Positions 10,627-21,929 of a DNA stretch of 64,000 nucleotides are shown here, one piece after another. Positions within the stretch are counted from its first letter, which is position 1; the number at the start of each line of letters is the position of its first letter. The stretch is from Alphaproteobacteria bacterium (GTDB lineage Bacteria > Pseudomonadota > Alphaproteobacteria > MPNO01 > UBA830): assembly GCA_964291215.2 (NCBI GenBank), contig OZ219791.1, positions 480,001 to 544,000 of the forward strand. The letters are read 5' to 3'. The notes under the pieces were generated by a model. That model ran no database searches, had not been told where the DNA came from, and was given only the letters and a program-made list of their open reading frames with translations. The position numbers and the translations under genes are program-made.

Positions 10627-10896
10627 AGCCTTACTCGGGGTCGGTCCAATCCGGTTTCTTCGACCACGGTGCATTGGACACTGGTACGTAGTCCGGTCCC
10701 CGGGCAGGAATACACCGAAGATCGAAACCTTCGTCGAGGTTGCTGAGCGGCGCAAGCGAAGAGCAGCTCCTGTGATGGCTTGTACGGATACCGGCTGGCA
10801 CGGCGCGGCCTCTCCGGTCGGGGTGTCGTGTCGCTGTCTTGATTGCATCGCAGTCGCCGATAGGATGCAGTTGGCCGGCAGGCGGAGGACAGGAGT

Positions 10897-11139
10897 ATGG
10901 CGAGCATCACGGTCCGCAATCTCGACGACGAGGTGAAAACGCGGTTGCGCGTGCGGGCCGCGAAACACCATCGGTCAATGGAGGAAGAAGTGCGCATCAT
11001 CCTGCGCGAGGCTGTCGAGCTCAGGGAGTCCCCGAGGAATCTCGCAAGCGCCATTCGCGCCCGCATGGCGCCTCTCGGCGGCGTGGATCTTGAACTGCCG
11101 CCGCGCGGGCCGATGCGCGAACCGACCGCCTTCGATTGA
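10897..11139 (+). CDS. FitA-like RHH antitoxin (plasmid stabilisation)
   Basis: MASITVRNLDDEVKTRLRVRAAKHHRSMEEEVRIIL; GGAG RBS; upstream of a PIN toxin. Confidence 0.88.
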   Translation: MASITVRNLDDEVKTRLRVRAAKHHRSMEEEVRIILREAVELRESPRNLASAIRARMAPLGGVDLELPPRGPMREPTAFD

Positions 11140-11149
11140 GCGTGGCGCG

Positions 11150-11567
11150 ATGACTATCCTGCTGGACACGAATGTGGTATCCGAACTGTTGCGCCGGTCT
11201 CCCAGTCCGATCGTCGAGGCTTGGATGGGAGACCACCCTGCAACGGACCTGTATTTCTCGGCGATCGGCGAAGCGGAACTCTGGTACGGCGTTGCGATCC
11301 TCCCGGCCGGTCGGCGTCAGGCGGCGCTTGCTTCTGTCATCGAGACGATCCTGCGGGAAGACTTCGAAGGCCGCATCCTTTCCTTCGACAGTGCGGCGGC
11401 GCGGTACTATGCGGACATCGCAGCGTTCCGCCGGACGTCCGATCGGCTCGGCGGACTGCCAGATCGCAGTCATTACCCGGTCTCGCGGCATGGCGGTGGC
11501 GACCCGCAATGTCCGGGACTTCGAGGATACCGGCATCGATATCGTCGCCCCTTGGACAGCGGCATGA
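11150..11567 (+). pseudogene. vapC: VapC/FitB PIN toxin, frameshifted near 11440
   Basis: ILLDTNVVSEL in one frame; ADCQIA...ATRNVRDF in another. Confidence 0.85.
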
Positions 11568-11802
11568 GCGGCACGACGGAAGCCTTCGCCCGGGCAAAGA
11601 TCGACGCGTTGCTCAAGGACGCGGGATGGGACCTGACGGACAGTTCGAGCGTCCTGTTCGAACATGCGCTTCCCGACGGCACGCAGACCGACTACGTGCT
11701 CTGCGACCGGCAGGGTCGGCCCATGGCAGCGCTGGAGGCCAAGCGGGCGAGCATCGATCCCATTACGGCTCAGGACCAAGGCCGGCACTACGCCGAACAG
11801 CT
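11564..11802 (+). pseudogene. hsdR: type I restriction enzyme R subunit N-terminal fragment
   Basis: EAFARAKIDALLKDAGW...DYVL...ALEAKR...QGRHYAEQLGV, truncated by the IS4 end. Confidence 0.75.
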
Positions 11803-14800
11803 CGGGGTCTTTCAACTGATCACTGTAAACTCGAAGCAACTGACGCCGTATATACGGTTCCATGAGAATCGGCCTGCGACATCATGGTGGCGGGACGGTG
11901 GCTGAAGGCACGGCTTGGCGCCAGGGATTGCAGGCGGACCTTTCTGGCACGTGAGCTCTGCGAGCGTGAGGACTGGCGGAACGCGAAGGGAGAACTATGC
12001 CTCGGCCGCGCTTCCAAAGTTCTCCGCCGCACTCGGTCTGCCTCTGCCGGAGGCTCGTCCGATGAGAGGAGTGACCCCGGAGTCCTTGGCCCCGTCGCCG
12101 GATTATCCCGACAAGCTCCTGTCGTGCCGTCTCGGCGATCTTGGCGTGGTTCCGGTTGCCGACGAGGACAAGTCGCTGGCGCGGTCGATGATGGCATCGC
12201 ACCATCCCGACGCGGCCTGTCCCGGGCATCCGCTACTGGATTCTCTCGTCCCTGCACGGCGTCCTCGGCGGCCTGGCGCTGCGTCATGGCATCACAAGGC
12301 GCGGGACCTCCACATCGGCTGGCGGCGCGGGACGCTAACATCGGGCGGGTTGTCAACAATGACAGGTTTCTTCCCGGCGTCCGCGGGCTTGCGTCCGTGT
12401 CGCTGTTCCATGGTCGCGTGGCGAACGATCGGGAGGAGCGCTACGGTGTTCGCCTGACGTACAGCTACGTGGGTGCAACTACGTGGGTGCGGAGCCTACC
12501 GTGCGGCGGCGTGCTGCAAGGGGTTGCGGGTGTACGTGAAGCCGCTGTCGGCGGACTGGTCTCTCGGGCGGGCCGGGTGATCGGTTCAGGCCCGCGTCGA
12601 GGGAGGATGGCGGAGTACGGACGGAGCGCGCACAGCGCCTTGTCACGATGGGCGAGGTCTGGTTCGGTCGTCCGGGTGCGCCGGTGATCTTTCCCGGCGA
12701 GGCGGAGCAGCTTGCAGGTTCCTGTCGAACCCGAGGATCGGCATGCAAGACAGCCGCATCAGGAGGCGATGCGTTGCCGCAGCCAGTCTGTTGCGGTTCA
12801 GGGATGCTGAACTACAGCGAGGCGACGCAGGGCCTTGTCGACATCGGCGGCTCCGGAAGCAAGGGGCTCATGTCGGCGTTGCGTTCAGCGGCTGCGCACT
12901 GGGGGTATTCAGCCTTGATTCCGCGCGGAGGACAAGGCAACGGCGGGCGAGGAAAGCGGACGGACGCCTTCGCCGAGGCGGCCTGTCCGCGAACTCGCCC
13001 GTCTGCGACCGTGAGGGCGACATGTGCTCTCTTCTGTCGGAAGCCGCCGCGCCCGGCGGCCTACTGGTCCGCGCCAGCCGTTCGGGCGGGCCATCACGGC
13101 GGACGGCAAGGTCAGGGACCTGTTCGCGGCCGAATTGGACATCGTCGCGGAGAAGACGATCGACCTGTGGCGGCCCCCGGACGCGCAAGGGGCGCAACAA
13201 GCTGCGGACCGCCCTGGGCACGGCCCCACTCACCATGCTTGCAGTGCGCGTCCTGGAGAAGACGCCGCCGACAGGCAGGGACCGGCTCAACTGGTTGCTC
13301 TTGACCACCGAAGGTGAGCCCACGCAGGAGAACGCGATCCGCGCCTGGAAACGCTGGCTGAGAGTGGTTCGCGGCCGTCAAGACCGGAACGCGGATCAAG
13401 GGGCTCAACGCCGCCGACGACCTGAAGAAGTGCCTCGCCTGCCATTACTGCATGCACCGTCATGTCCGTCGAGCGCCTCGCGCGGAGCGCATGCCGGCGC
13501 GCACGATCGTCCACGAGGACGAGATCCATGTCCTCGCCGTCCACATACCGAACCACCGCAGGCAACGCGGCCCAGGCGATCGCGGAGTTCGCCGTCAACA
13601 CCGCGCGCCTCGCCGGATTCATCCCGCGCCAGCCGGGCACCCACAAACTCTGGTGCGCCAGGCGAACTGGCAGAAGGTAGGGGGTGCAAGTCCCCCGAAA
13701 CGAAGGAGTAGCCAAACCACGTTTCTCCGCGAGCGTCGGTCCCCGTGAGGGGGCAGGCGAAGCGTCGGTAGCGGGGCTAATGAGCACCGAAAAAGGGATG
13801 ATTCGGGGTGCCGAGGCTTTCAGAGTGGTCGAAGGCAACATCGCAGACATCGGTATGGTGAGATGAGCCCCGCGGTGTCCAAGAACCCGTCCGTACGCCT
13901 TTTGTTGGGACCCTAAGAGATCTTCAAACTATCCCGCCTGTCGGGACCGTGTAGGGAAGGAGAAAGCCTGTGACGAACGGTTTGAAGAAGGGGCCCTGTG
14001 AAGGCGGCGAACAAGGAAGCTTCTGCGGAGGAGGAAAGGGCCTCAACCAAGGGGAATTCGGGACGCCAAAGCACGCGCCGAACACAGAGTCGGGTGCCAC
14101 AGAAGGCGGACCGGAGCTGCAAAGAGGAACCCGAAGGAGCGTGCGCTCTTCCACCACGCCGGATGCACTCCGGTTGGCCTGAAGAAGGAAGCCGCGGCAG
14201 GGGGCGTGACGGCGAAGATCTGGACGAGCGCCTGCTCGACTTGCACTCGCGCCTGCGGGGGAGCGTACCGGGCGTCGCCAGTGGGTGGAGATACCCAAGG
14301 CGGGATACGACCACTTGCTGCACTGGAGGACAAGATCGTCCAGAAGGCAGTTGTGGATGTGATCCTGACACCGATCTACGAGGTGGAGTTCCTTGGCTAC
14401 GGGTTCGGGCCGAAGGGCGCTCTCGACGCCCTGGCGTACGGGATCGAACGGCGCAAGGTCAACTGGATTGTTGATGCGGACATTCGGGCATACTTCGACA
14501 CGGGGATTGGTTGATTACGTTCCTCGAGTACCGCGACAGGCGAGTGCTGATCCGCAAGTGGCTGAACGCTGGCGTCATGGAGCGACACCGGTGTCGGGAC
14601 GCCGCAGGGCGCGATTGTCAGCCCCTGCGAACATATTCCTGCACTACGTGCTTGATCTGTGGTTCCACAAGGCGTCCGAAGGTTCCGGACGGTCAAGCGA
14701 TCATTGTCCGGGACGATATCGTGGTCGGGTTTCAGCACAAGCGGGATGCGGAGCAATACCTTCGCGATGTTCGGGAAAGGCCGCTTTGGTCTCACCCGGA

Positions 14801-15358
14801 CAATCGTCGAGTTCGGCCGGTTCGCCATGGCGAACTGCCTGAAGCGCGGGTTCGACTTCCCGGGTTTCAGGCACTTCTGCACGAGGACCCGGACAGGACG
14901 GTTCAGGCTCGGTCGCAAAACGGGTCGCAAGGACCCGCATCGAGGAGGGGCTTCGCAAACGATGGCATTACGACATATGGGAGGTCGGCAAATGGCGAGT
15001 CTGTCAAGGCTGGCTCAACTACTTCGCCGTTCCGGGCTGTACACGTTCCGTCAGAGGCTGAAACGCCGGTGGATGCGGGCGATACGCCGCCGCTCCCAAC
15101 GCCACCGCTTCAACTGGAAGCGATTGGAGCGCATGACCGAACTTCTTTGGCCGCCCATCCGTCACCCATGGCCGGACCAGCGGTTTGCCGTCAAGCACCC
15201 GACGCCGGATGGATTAGCGTCCAAGTCCGGATCTGTGCGGGGGGTGCGCAGCAATGCGCATTCCTACCGCGACGGAAGGATACCTGATCTTGTTCACTGA
15301 AAACTACCGGGGCGACTACGCCAACATCGAGTCGACAGTGTACCATTGAAAGGCCCTG
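11803..15358 (+). mobile_element. degraded IS4/Tn5-like element with DUF4338 N-terminal region, interrupted by a group II intron
   Basis: TIRs CGGGGTCTTTCAACTGATCACTGTAAACTCG / CGAGTCGACAGTGTACCATTGAAAGGCCCTG; fragments ARDANIGRVVNNDRFLP (DUF4338), VCDREGDM, LNWLLLTT, ARLAGF, PGTHKLWEG. Confidence 0.75.
13653..15273 (+). mobile_element. degraded group II intron with reverse-transcriptase remnant
   Basis: 5' GTGCG; domain V/VI GCCGGATG...GTCCGGATCTGTGCGGGGG and 3' CCTACCGCGAC; RT fragments RPLAALEDKIVQKAV, VNWIVDADIRAYFD, ANIFLHYVLDLWF; removal restores LWEGYLI in the IS4 gene. Confidence 0.88.
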
Positions 15359-15786
15359 CTCCGCCAACGCGGGCCTCCAACACCACAGGCGCCGCCATGA
15401 CGGCACCGACATCCCCGCAGCACAAACGGTGGGCATACCGTCGCGCCGCTCTGCGTCCTCATGACATCAGACTGTCGTCCACAGCCCTCCAGAACCCCAT
15501 GCCAGGGCGATCGCCCGCGTCCTGCAGGCCCCACATCCTTCGTCACAGGCCGAACATCACGCACCGACATCGGACAACACGCCTCCTTGCGCGTCCGTAA
15601 ACAACACCTCCTTCACACTTTCTGCATGTCGACACCGGGGCGGCGCGGCCTTCGTCCAAACCCGCTTGGTGACGGCGCTCCGGCCGTCACTAACCAGAAT
15701 CTTTAAGGTGACCCGATTTTTTGACTACCGATAGATGAGCATTCACGTCGCAACTTGGTCACGCAAGGAAATCATCCCCTTTTCAA

Positions 15787-15978
15787 CACGATGATCCCAT
15801 GCTGATTCCGAGATGCGAAATCCGAGTGCGTTGGGGCTCGCGTCATCGCAGATCGCCCCTTGATCGCAATTTTTCGCGCCGAGAAGGTCTCATTGAGCCT
15901 TGGCGGCACGATTGAAGCGCGACGCAGACCGAAAAATCTCGCCGGTCGCCGCTGGATTAGCAGCGCGGGATCGTCGTG
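15787..15978. mobile_element. MITE copy 2 (192 bp) with 9-bp TSD CCTTTTCAA
   Basis: TIRs CACGATGATCCC / GGGATCGTCGTG; direct repeat at 15778-15786 and 15979-15987. Confidence 0.85.
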
Positions 15979-16252
15979 CCTTTTCAACCGGTCGGGGAAG
16001 GTATGATTGCGAACGGAACGGCCGACGACAAGGCGGCCCAAACCTTGCCGCCTGCCATCAGCTATGCTACAGGGGCCCTGCGCAGGGGTCGGGCGGTTCG
16101 GCGACCGAACGGACAGGCTGCCGCTGACCGGCCGCGCGGACAGACTAGGAGTGCGGTTCAAGGATTCCGCACTTTCGGGGGCGCTTTCTCTCAGCGTCCC
16201 GCGGAGGTGGCGGACCGGGCCGAGCAACATGACCCCGCTGGGAGGCAGAATC

Positions 16253-16825
16253 GTGACTGACAGGATGCATGGCCGAGCCGGGGCGCTCGGCATTGTGACA
16301 GTCTTGGCCGGTTCTCTCATGCTGGCTGGCTGCGAGAACGCGGTAATCCCCGGTTCGCCTGAAGATCCGCATCCGCCAGGAACCGGCCTGCCCGGAACCG
16401 AGGGAGCAGAGGGTAGCATTTTCGGCGAGGGCGGCCTGGATCTGACGCGCCTGACAGGCCTCGACTCCGACGAGGACGACCGGGGCGGCGTCCTAGGCGT
16501 GAACAGCTTCCTCTGGCGAGCCAGCCTCGACACTATATCGTTCATGCCGCTGGCTTCGGCCGACCCCTTTGGAGGCGTGATCATCACCGACTGGCACTCG
16601 CTGCCCGAAACGCCGAACGACAGGTTCAAGGTCACCGTATACATACTCGACCGCCAGCTGCGCGCCGACGGCCTGCGCGTTTCGATGTTCCGCCAGAACC
16701 GCGCTGGCAGCGGCGCGGACTGGCAACCCCAGCAGGTCGCCCCGAAAACAGTGACCCAGCTGGAAGACCAGATCCTCACCAGGGCGCGACAGCTGCGGTC
16801 CGTCGCCACGGCCGGATCGCGCTAG
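16253..16825 (+). CDS. DUF3576 domain lipoprotein
   Basis: LAGC lipobox; GVNSFLWRASLDTISFMPLASADPFGGVIITDW; conserved position upstream of leuS. Confidence 0.88.
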   Translation: MTDRMHGRAGALGIVTVLAGSLMLAGCENAVIPGSPEDPHPPGTGLPGTEGAEGSIFGEGGLDLTRLTGLDSDEDDRGGVLGVNSFLWRASLDTISFMPLASADPFGGVIITDWHSLPETPNDRFKVTVYILDRQLRADGLRVSMFRQNRAGSGADWQPQQVAPKTVTQLEDQILTRARQLRSVATAGSR

Positions 16826-16926
16826 CGCCCGGCCCTTGAACATACCCCGGCTGTTTCAGGCGAAGCACGGAAAGATGCCGGTCCGGGCGGTCGCAAGGCG
16901 CCCGCGTTCGGCAATAACCTGCGGTC

Positions 16927-19503
16927 ATGGCAACCGATAGCACCTCCTCAAGATATCCCTTCAAGGACACCGAAGCGCGCTGGCAGGCGGCATGGGACGA
17001 GCGCCACACCTTCGCCGCCGAAGAGGATGCGCAAAGACTCAAATACTATGTTCTCGAGATGTTCCCGTATCCCTCGGGCCGCATCCACATGGGACATGTC
17101 CGCAACTACACGATGGGCGACGTGGTTGCGCGCTACAAGCGCGCCCGTGGCTTCAACGTTCTGCACCCCATGGGTTGGGATGCTTTCGGCCTGCCCGCGG
17201 AAAACGCGGCCATGGAACAGAAGGTCCACCCGGCCGAATGGACCTACAACAACATCGACACCATGCGTGACCAGCTCCGGATGATGGGGCTCTCGATCGA
17301 CTGGAATCGCGAGATCGCGACCTGCCACCCGGACTATTACCGCCACCAGCAGCAGATGTTCCTCGATTTCCTGGAAGCCGGGCTGGCCTATCGGCATGAA
17401 GCCTGGGTGAACTGGGATCCGGAGGAACAGACCGTGCTCGCCAACGAGCAGGTCATTGACGGCCACGGCTGGCGGTCGGGAGCGCCGGTCGAGAAACGCA
17501 ACCTTGCCCAGTGGTTCTTCCGGATCTCGGAATATGCGCAGGATCTGCTCGATGCGATAGGCGACCTCGACCGGTGGCCCGAAAAGGTGCGGCTGATGCA
17601 GGCGAACTGGATCGGACGCTCGGAAGGCCTGCGCATCGCCTTCGAGATCGAGAACCCGCCGGACGGCGCCGATACGCTTGAGGTCTACACGACCCGGCAC
17701 GACACCCTGTTTGGTGCGAGCTTCTGCGCCGTTTCCCCGGAACACCCGCTGGCAGCCAGACTCGCGGCAGAGGACGCCGCCCTTGCCGATTTCATCGCCG
17801 AATGCAGCGCGCTGGGCACTTCGGAAGCCGTTATCGAACAGGCCGAGAAGCGCGGCCACGACACCGGGCTGCGCGTCAGGCATCCCTTCATTACGGGCAC
17901 GACGCTGCCGGTCTATGTCGCCAACTTCGTGCTCATGGACTACGGAACCGGCGCGATCTTCGGGTGCCCGGCGCATGACCAGCGCGATCTCGAGTTCGCC
18001 CGCAGATACGGACTCGATGTCCTTCCCGTCGTCATTCCGCCGGACGAGGGTCAGGATTTCGAGATCGGCGACCGCGCCTATACCGGACCGGGATTGCTGG
18101 CCAATTCCGATTTCCTCGACGGAATGGATATCGACTCGGCCAAGGCCGAGATCGCGGCGCGCATCGAGGCCGCGGACACGGGCCGCCGCGAGGTCAATTT
18201 CCGGCTGCGCGACTGGGGCGTTTCGCGACAGCGCTACTGGGGATGCCCGATACCCGTCATCCATTGCCCAAATTGCGGCGTGGTGCCGGTGCCGAGAGCG
18301 GATCTACCGGTCATCCTTCCCCATGACGTGACGTTCGACCAGCCCGGCAACCCCCTCGACCACCATCCGGACTGGGCCGATGCCGCCTGCCCGCAATGCG
18401 GCACCAGCGCGCGGCGCGAAACCGACACCTTCGACACCTTCGTCGATTCGTCCTGGTATTTTGCGCGCTTCTGCTCACCGCAGAGCGACCAACCGGTCGA
18501 CGGGACCGCAGTCGATTACTGGCTGCCGGTGGACCAGTATATCGGCGGCGTCGAGCATGCCATCCTGCACCTGCTCTATTCCCGCTTCTTCACCCGCGCG
18601 ATGAAGCGGACCGGTCATACGCGGATCGACGAACCCTTCGCCGGGCTGTTCACCCAGGGCATGGTCCTCCACGAGACTTACCGAACCGAGAGCGGCGAGC
18701 CGGTGGAGCCGATCGACGTGGTCCACGATGAAGCCGGTGCGCTGCGTCATGTCCGGACCGGCCAGCCGCTCCTTGCCGGCCGTTCCGAAAAGATGTCCAA
18801 GTCCCGAAAGAACGTGATCGATCCGGTCCACATCATCGAAACCTACGGTGCCGACACGGCGCGGTGGTTCATGCTGTCGGACAGCCCGCCGGACAGGGAT
18901 CTGGACTGGACCGAGGCCGGAATCACCGGCGCATCGAGGTTCGTCAACCGACTCTGGCGGCTAGTCGGCGGACACGCCGCGCATCTGCCGCCGCCCGGCG
19001 TCCACCCGGCAGGCAGCGATGCCGGGCACGAGCTGAGACGCGCCGCGCATGCCGCCATCGCCAATGTGACCGAGGATCTCGAGACATTCCATTTCAACCG
19101 CGCGGTTGCCCGCGTCCACGAGCTCGTCAACACGGTATCGCTTGCCGACGAGGCCGTACCGGGGCCGGTGCTGCGCGAAGCTCTCGAGATCGCGACGCTT
19201 CTCGTCGGACCGATGATGCCCCATCTCGCCGAGGAGCTGTGGCGGATGCTCGGACACGGGACCCTGGTCGCCGAGTCGCCGTGGCCGAAGGCCGACGCCG
19301 ATCTCCTGATCGACGATTCCATAAGGGTTGCGGTGCAGGTCCGCGGCCGTCTTCGCGGCACGATCGAACTGCCGCGTGACGCAGGCCAGGAGCAGGCCGA
19401 GGATCTGGCGCTGGCGCTTCCGACCGTCGTGGCGGCGCTCGCCGGGGCCCCGGTGACCAAAGTGATCTATGTGCCGAACCGCATCATCAACGTCATCCAT
19501 TGA
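16927..19503 (+). CDS. leuS: leucine--tRNA ligase
   Basis: [13 protein letters not shown] (HIGH), KMSKS, editing domain GCPAHDQRD. Confidence 0.99.
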   Translation: MATDSTSSRYPFKDTEARWQAAWDERHTFAAEEDAQRLKYYVLEMFPYPSGRIHMGHVRNYTMGDVVARYKRARGFNVLHPMGWDAFGLPAENAAMEQKVHPAEWTYNNIDTMRDQLRMMGLSIDWNREIATCHPDYYRHQQQMFLDFLEAGLAYRHEAWVNWDPEEQTVLANEQVIDGHGWRSGAPVEKRNLAQWFFRISEYAQDLLDAIGDLDRWPEKVRLMQANWIGRSEGLRIAFEIENPPDGADTLEVYTTRHDTLFGASFCAVSPEHPLAARLAAEDAALADFIAECSALGTSEAVIEQAEKRGHDTGLRVRHPFITGTTLPVYVANFVLMDYGTGAIFGCPAHDQRDLEFARRYGLDVLPVVIPPDEGQDFEIGDRAYTGPGLLANSDFLDGMDIDSAKAEIAARIEAADTGRREVNFRLRDWGVSRQRYWGCPIPVIHCPNCGVVPVPRADLPVILPHDVTFDQPGNPLDHHPDWADAACPQCGTSARRETDTFDTFVDSSWYFARFCSPQSDQPVDGTAVDYWLPVDQYIGGVEHAILHLLYSRFFTRAMKRTGHTRIDEPFAGLFTQGMVLHETYRTESGEPVEPIDVVHDEAGALRHVRTGQPLLAGRSEKMSKSRKNVIDPVHIIETYGADTARWFMLSDSPPDRDLDWTEAGITGASRFVNRLWRLVGGHAAHLPPPGVHPAGSDAGHELRRAAHAAIANVTEDLETFHFNRAVARVHELVNTVSLADEAVPGPVLREALEIATLLVGPMMPHLAEELWRMLGHGTLVAESPWPKADADLLIDDSIRVAVQVRGRLRGTIELPRDAGQEQAEDLALALPTVVAALAGAPVTKVIYVPNRIINVIH

Positions 19504-20032
19504 CCGGCCGGCCCTGCGCCGCGCCGTCTGCGCAGCTGCCGTCCTTGCCGCCACGGCGCAGGCCTGCGGCTTTCAGCCCATGTACGGCGCCAAGGACCCC
19601 GCGGTTCCGAGACTGCTCGAGAGGGTCGAAATCGCATCGATTGCAGATCGCACGGGCCAGCTGCTGAGGCACGAATTGACGCGGCGGTTCAAGCCGCGGG
19701 GCAACTCGGGCCCGGATCTCTACACGCTCACGGTGTCGCTCAGCGAAGAGTCGGAAGGGATCGGACTTCGCATCGACGAAACCGCGACCCGGATCAACCT
19801 GTCATTGACGGCAAGGTTTGCCATGCGCGACAAGGCTACAGGCCTGACGCGGCTCCAGGGAACCGAGGTGTCGGTCAACAGCTACAACGTTCTCAGGTCG
19901 GATTTTGCCACGGTCCACGCCCGCGCCGACGCCCGCCAACGCGCCATCACCCGGATCGCCGAGAGCATCACGAGGCGGGTCTCGATCTGGATTCTGCAGA
20001 GCAACCAGGCGAAAGACGGGAGCAAGGGGTGA
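19469..20032 (+). CDS. lptE: LPS assembly lipoprotein LptE
   Basis: ACGFQPMYG lipobox; leuS-lptE-holA synteny; start codon uncertain. Confidence 0.85.
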   Translation: MCRTASSTSSIDRPALRRAVCAAAVLAATAQACGFQPMYGAKDPAVPRLLERVEIASIADRTGQLLRHELTRRFKPRGNSGPDLYTLTVSLSEESEGIGLRIDETATRINLSLTARFAMRDKATGLTRLQGTEVSVNSYNVLRSDFATVHARADARQRAITRIAESITRRVSIWILQSNQAKDGSKG

Positions 20033-20075
20033 CGATGCACGACGCGCCGGCCACGGCCGTACTCCCGGCCCGGCC

Positions 20076-21086
20076 ATGAAGGTAAGCGCGAGGGACGCGG
20101 ACGGCTTCTCGCGGTCGCCGCCGCCCGATGTCCGCGCGGTCCTCTTCTACGGTCCGGACAGCGGGCTGGTCAGCGAACGCGCGGAAACCGCCGCGCGCGC
20201 TGTTACCGCCGACATCACCGATCCATTCTCGGTTGTGACCCTCGATGCCGCCGCGCTGGAGGGTGACCCGGTGCGCCTCGGCGACGAGGCCGCCGCGCTT
20301 GCGCTCGGAGCCCAACGGCGAATCGTCTGGCTCCGCGGAGCGAAAGACGCTACCGCTGTCGCGGTCCGCACGGCCCTCGCCATTCCCTGGGAATCCCTCG
20401 TCATCGTCGAGGCCGGCGACCTGTCGTCCCGTTCACGGCTGCGCACCCTCTTTGAAGGCGCCGCCGACGCTGCGGCCGTGGGCTGTTATCTCGACGACAC
20501 CAAGGGGCTTGCCGCTCTCGCCCGCCAGACGTTCTCGGAGGCCGGCATCAACACGGAGCCCGGTGTCGTCGAGTGGATAAGCGGCAATCTGGGATCCGAC
20601 CGCAAGGTCACCAGGATGGAGCTGGAAAAGCTCACGCTCTACGCCGGAGACGCGAAACGCATCACGCTCGAAAACGCGCAGGCGGTCATCGGAGATTCCG
20701 CCCTGGTCACCGTGGACGATGTCGTCTATGCGGCGTTCGGCGGCGACATCGAAGCGCTTGTCCAGGCGCTCGCACGGGCGCGTTTCGAGGGCGTCGGGCC
20801 GATTCCCGTGATCCGGGGCGCCTTCGCGCACCTGACCCGACTCGAGGAGGCCGCCGCCGCGGTCGCAAATGGCCGGCCGGCCGATCAGGCCGCGCGGGAC
20901 CTGCGGGTGTTCTTCAAGCGGCAAGCGGCATTCAGCGCACAGATCCGGAGATGGCCGGGCGCCAAGCTCGCGCGCGGCCGCACCGAACTGGTCCGGACCG
21001 AACTCGACTGCAAGTCGACGAACCTGCCGACCGACGACGTATGCGAACGCGGCCTCATGCGTCTCGCCGCAATCGCCCGCGCCTGA
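20076..21086 (+). CDS. holA: DNA polymerase III delta subunit
   Basis: LFYGPDSGLVSERA, ELEKLTLY; synteny with leuS-lptE. Confidence 0.93.
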   Translation: MKVSARDADGFSRSPPPDVRAVLFYGPDSGLVSERAETAARAVTADITDPFSVVTLDAAALEGDPVRLGDEAAALALGAQRRIVWLRGAKDATAVAVRTALAIPWESLVIVEAGDLSSRSRLRTLFEGAADAAAVGCYLDDTKGLAALARQTFSEAGINTEPGVVEWISGNLGSDRKVTRMELEKLTLYAGDAKRITLENAQAVIGDSALVTVDDVVYAAFGGDIEALVQALARARFEGVGPIPVIRGAFAHLTRLEEAAAAVANGRPADQAARDLRVFFKRQAAFSAQIRRWPGAKLARGRTELVRTELDCKSTNLPTDDVCERGLMRLAAIARA

Positions 21087-21158
21087 GGGGTTTCCGCCTC
21101 CGGTCAATCACACCCGCTTGCCGGCAAGACCCGCCGGAAGACGGCCGGACCGGCGCCG

Positions 21159-21929
21159 TCAGCAGTCGGCCGCGCGGCGCGGCCGCATCACGTGCGCATG
21201 GCCGGGATCGTAGAGCGCCGAGTCCCGGAATTCCTCCGGCTCGAGCACCCGGCCCACGAGTATCAGGGCCGTGCGCGTTATGCCGGCATCGCGAACCTTG
21301 GGGCCGATGTCTGCGAGCGTCCCCCGGATGATCTTCTGGTCAGGCCAGCTCGCCCGGTAGACCACCACCGCGGGACAGTCGACGCCGTAGCGCGGCGTCA
21401 GCGTATCGCACACATGCCTGAGGTTGCGCACCGACAGGTGAATGGCGAGCGTCGCACCGCTGGCGCCGAGCGTTGCGAGATCCTCGCCTTCGGGCATGTC
21501 CGACGCCTTCATGGATGTCCGCGTGAGGATCACCGTCTGCGCCACTTCCGGAAGGGTGAGCTCGCGCCTGAGGGCGGCGGCGGCGGCGGCGTAGGCAGGA
21601 ACGCCCGGCACGATCTCGTAATCGATCCCGAGCCCGTCGAGACGCCGCATCTGCTCCCCCGTCGCCCCGTAGAGGGACGGGTCGCCGGAGTGCACCCGCG
21701 CTACATCCTTGCCCCCGGCGTCGGCCCGGGCAATTTCCCCGACGATCTCGTCAAGGGTCATCGATGCCGTGTCCATCACGCGGGCACCCTTCGGGGCATG
21801 CGCGATCACCGCTTCGGGTACCAGCGATCCGGCGTAGAGGCAGACCGGGCAGCGCGCGATCACGTCGCGCCCACGCACCGTGACGAGATCGGGATCGCCA
21901 GGCCCGGCCCCCACGAACCAGACGGTCAT
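21159..21929 (-). CDS. cobM: precorrin-4 C11-methyltransferase
   Basis: VWFVGAGPGDPDL, CLYAGSLV, RVHSGDPSLYGA. Confidence 0.95.
   Translation of the reverse strand: MTVWFVGAGPGDPDLVTVRGRDVIARCPVCLYAGSLVPEAVIAHAPKGARVMDTASMTLDEIVGEIARADAGGKDVARVHSGDPSLYGATGEQMRRLDGLGIDYEIVPGVPAYAAAAAALRRELTLPEVAQTVILTRTSMKASDMPEGEDLATLGASGATLAIHLSVRNLRHVCDTLTPRYGVDCPAVVVYRASWPDQKIIRGTLADIGPKVRDAGITRTALILVGRVLEPEEFRDSALYDPGHAHVMRPRRAADC

Noticed and set aside
13970-15200. RT as a retron, DGR or defence-associated RT
   Set aside because: Flanked by the group II intron 5' GTGCG and domain V/VI, with precise exon rejoining
15359-15770. Possible further IS remnant
   Set aside because: Composition suggests a decayed element, but no motif or paired TIR could be identified
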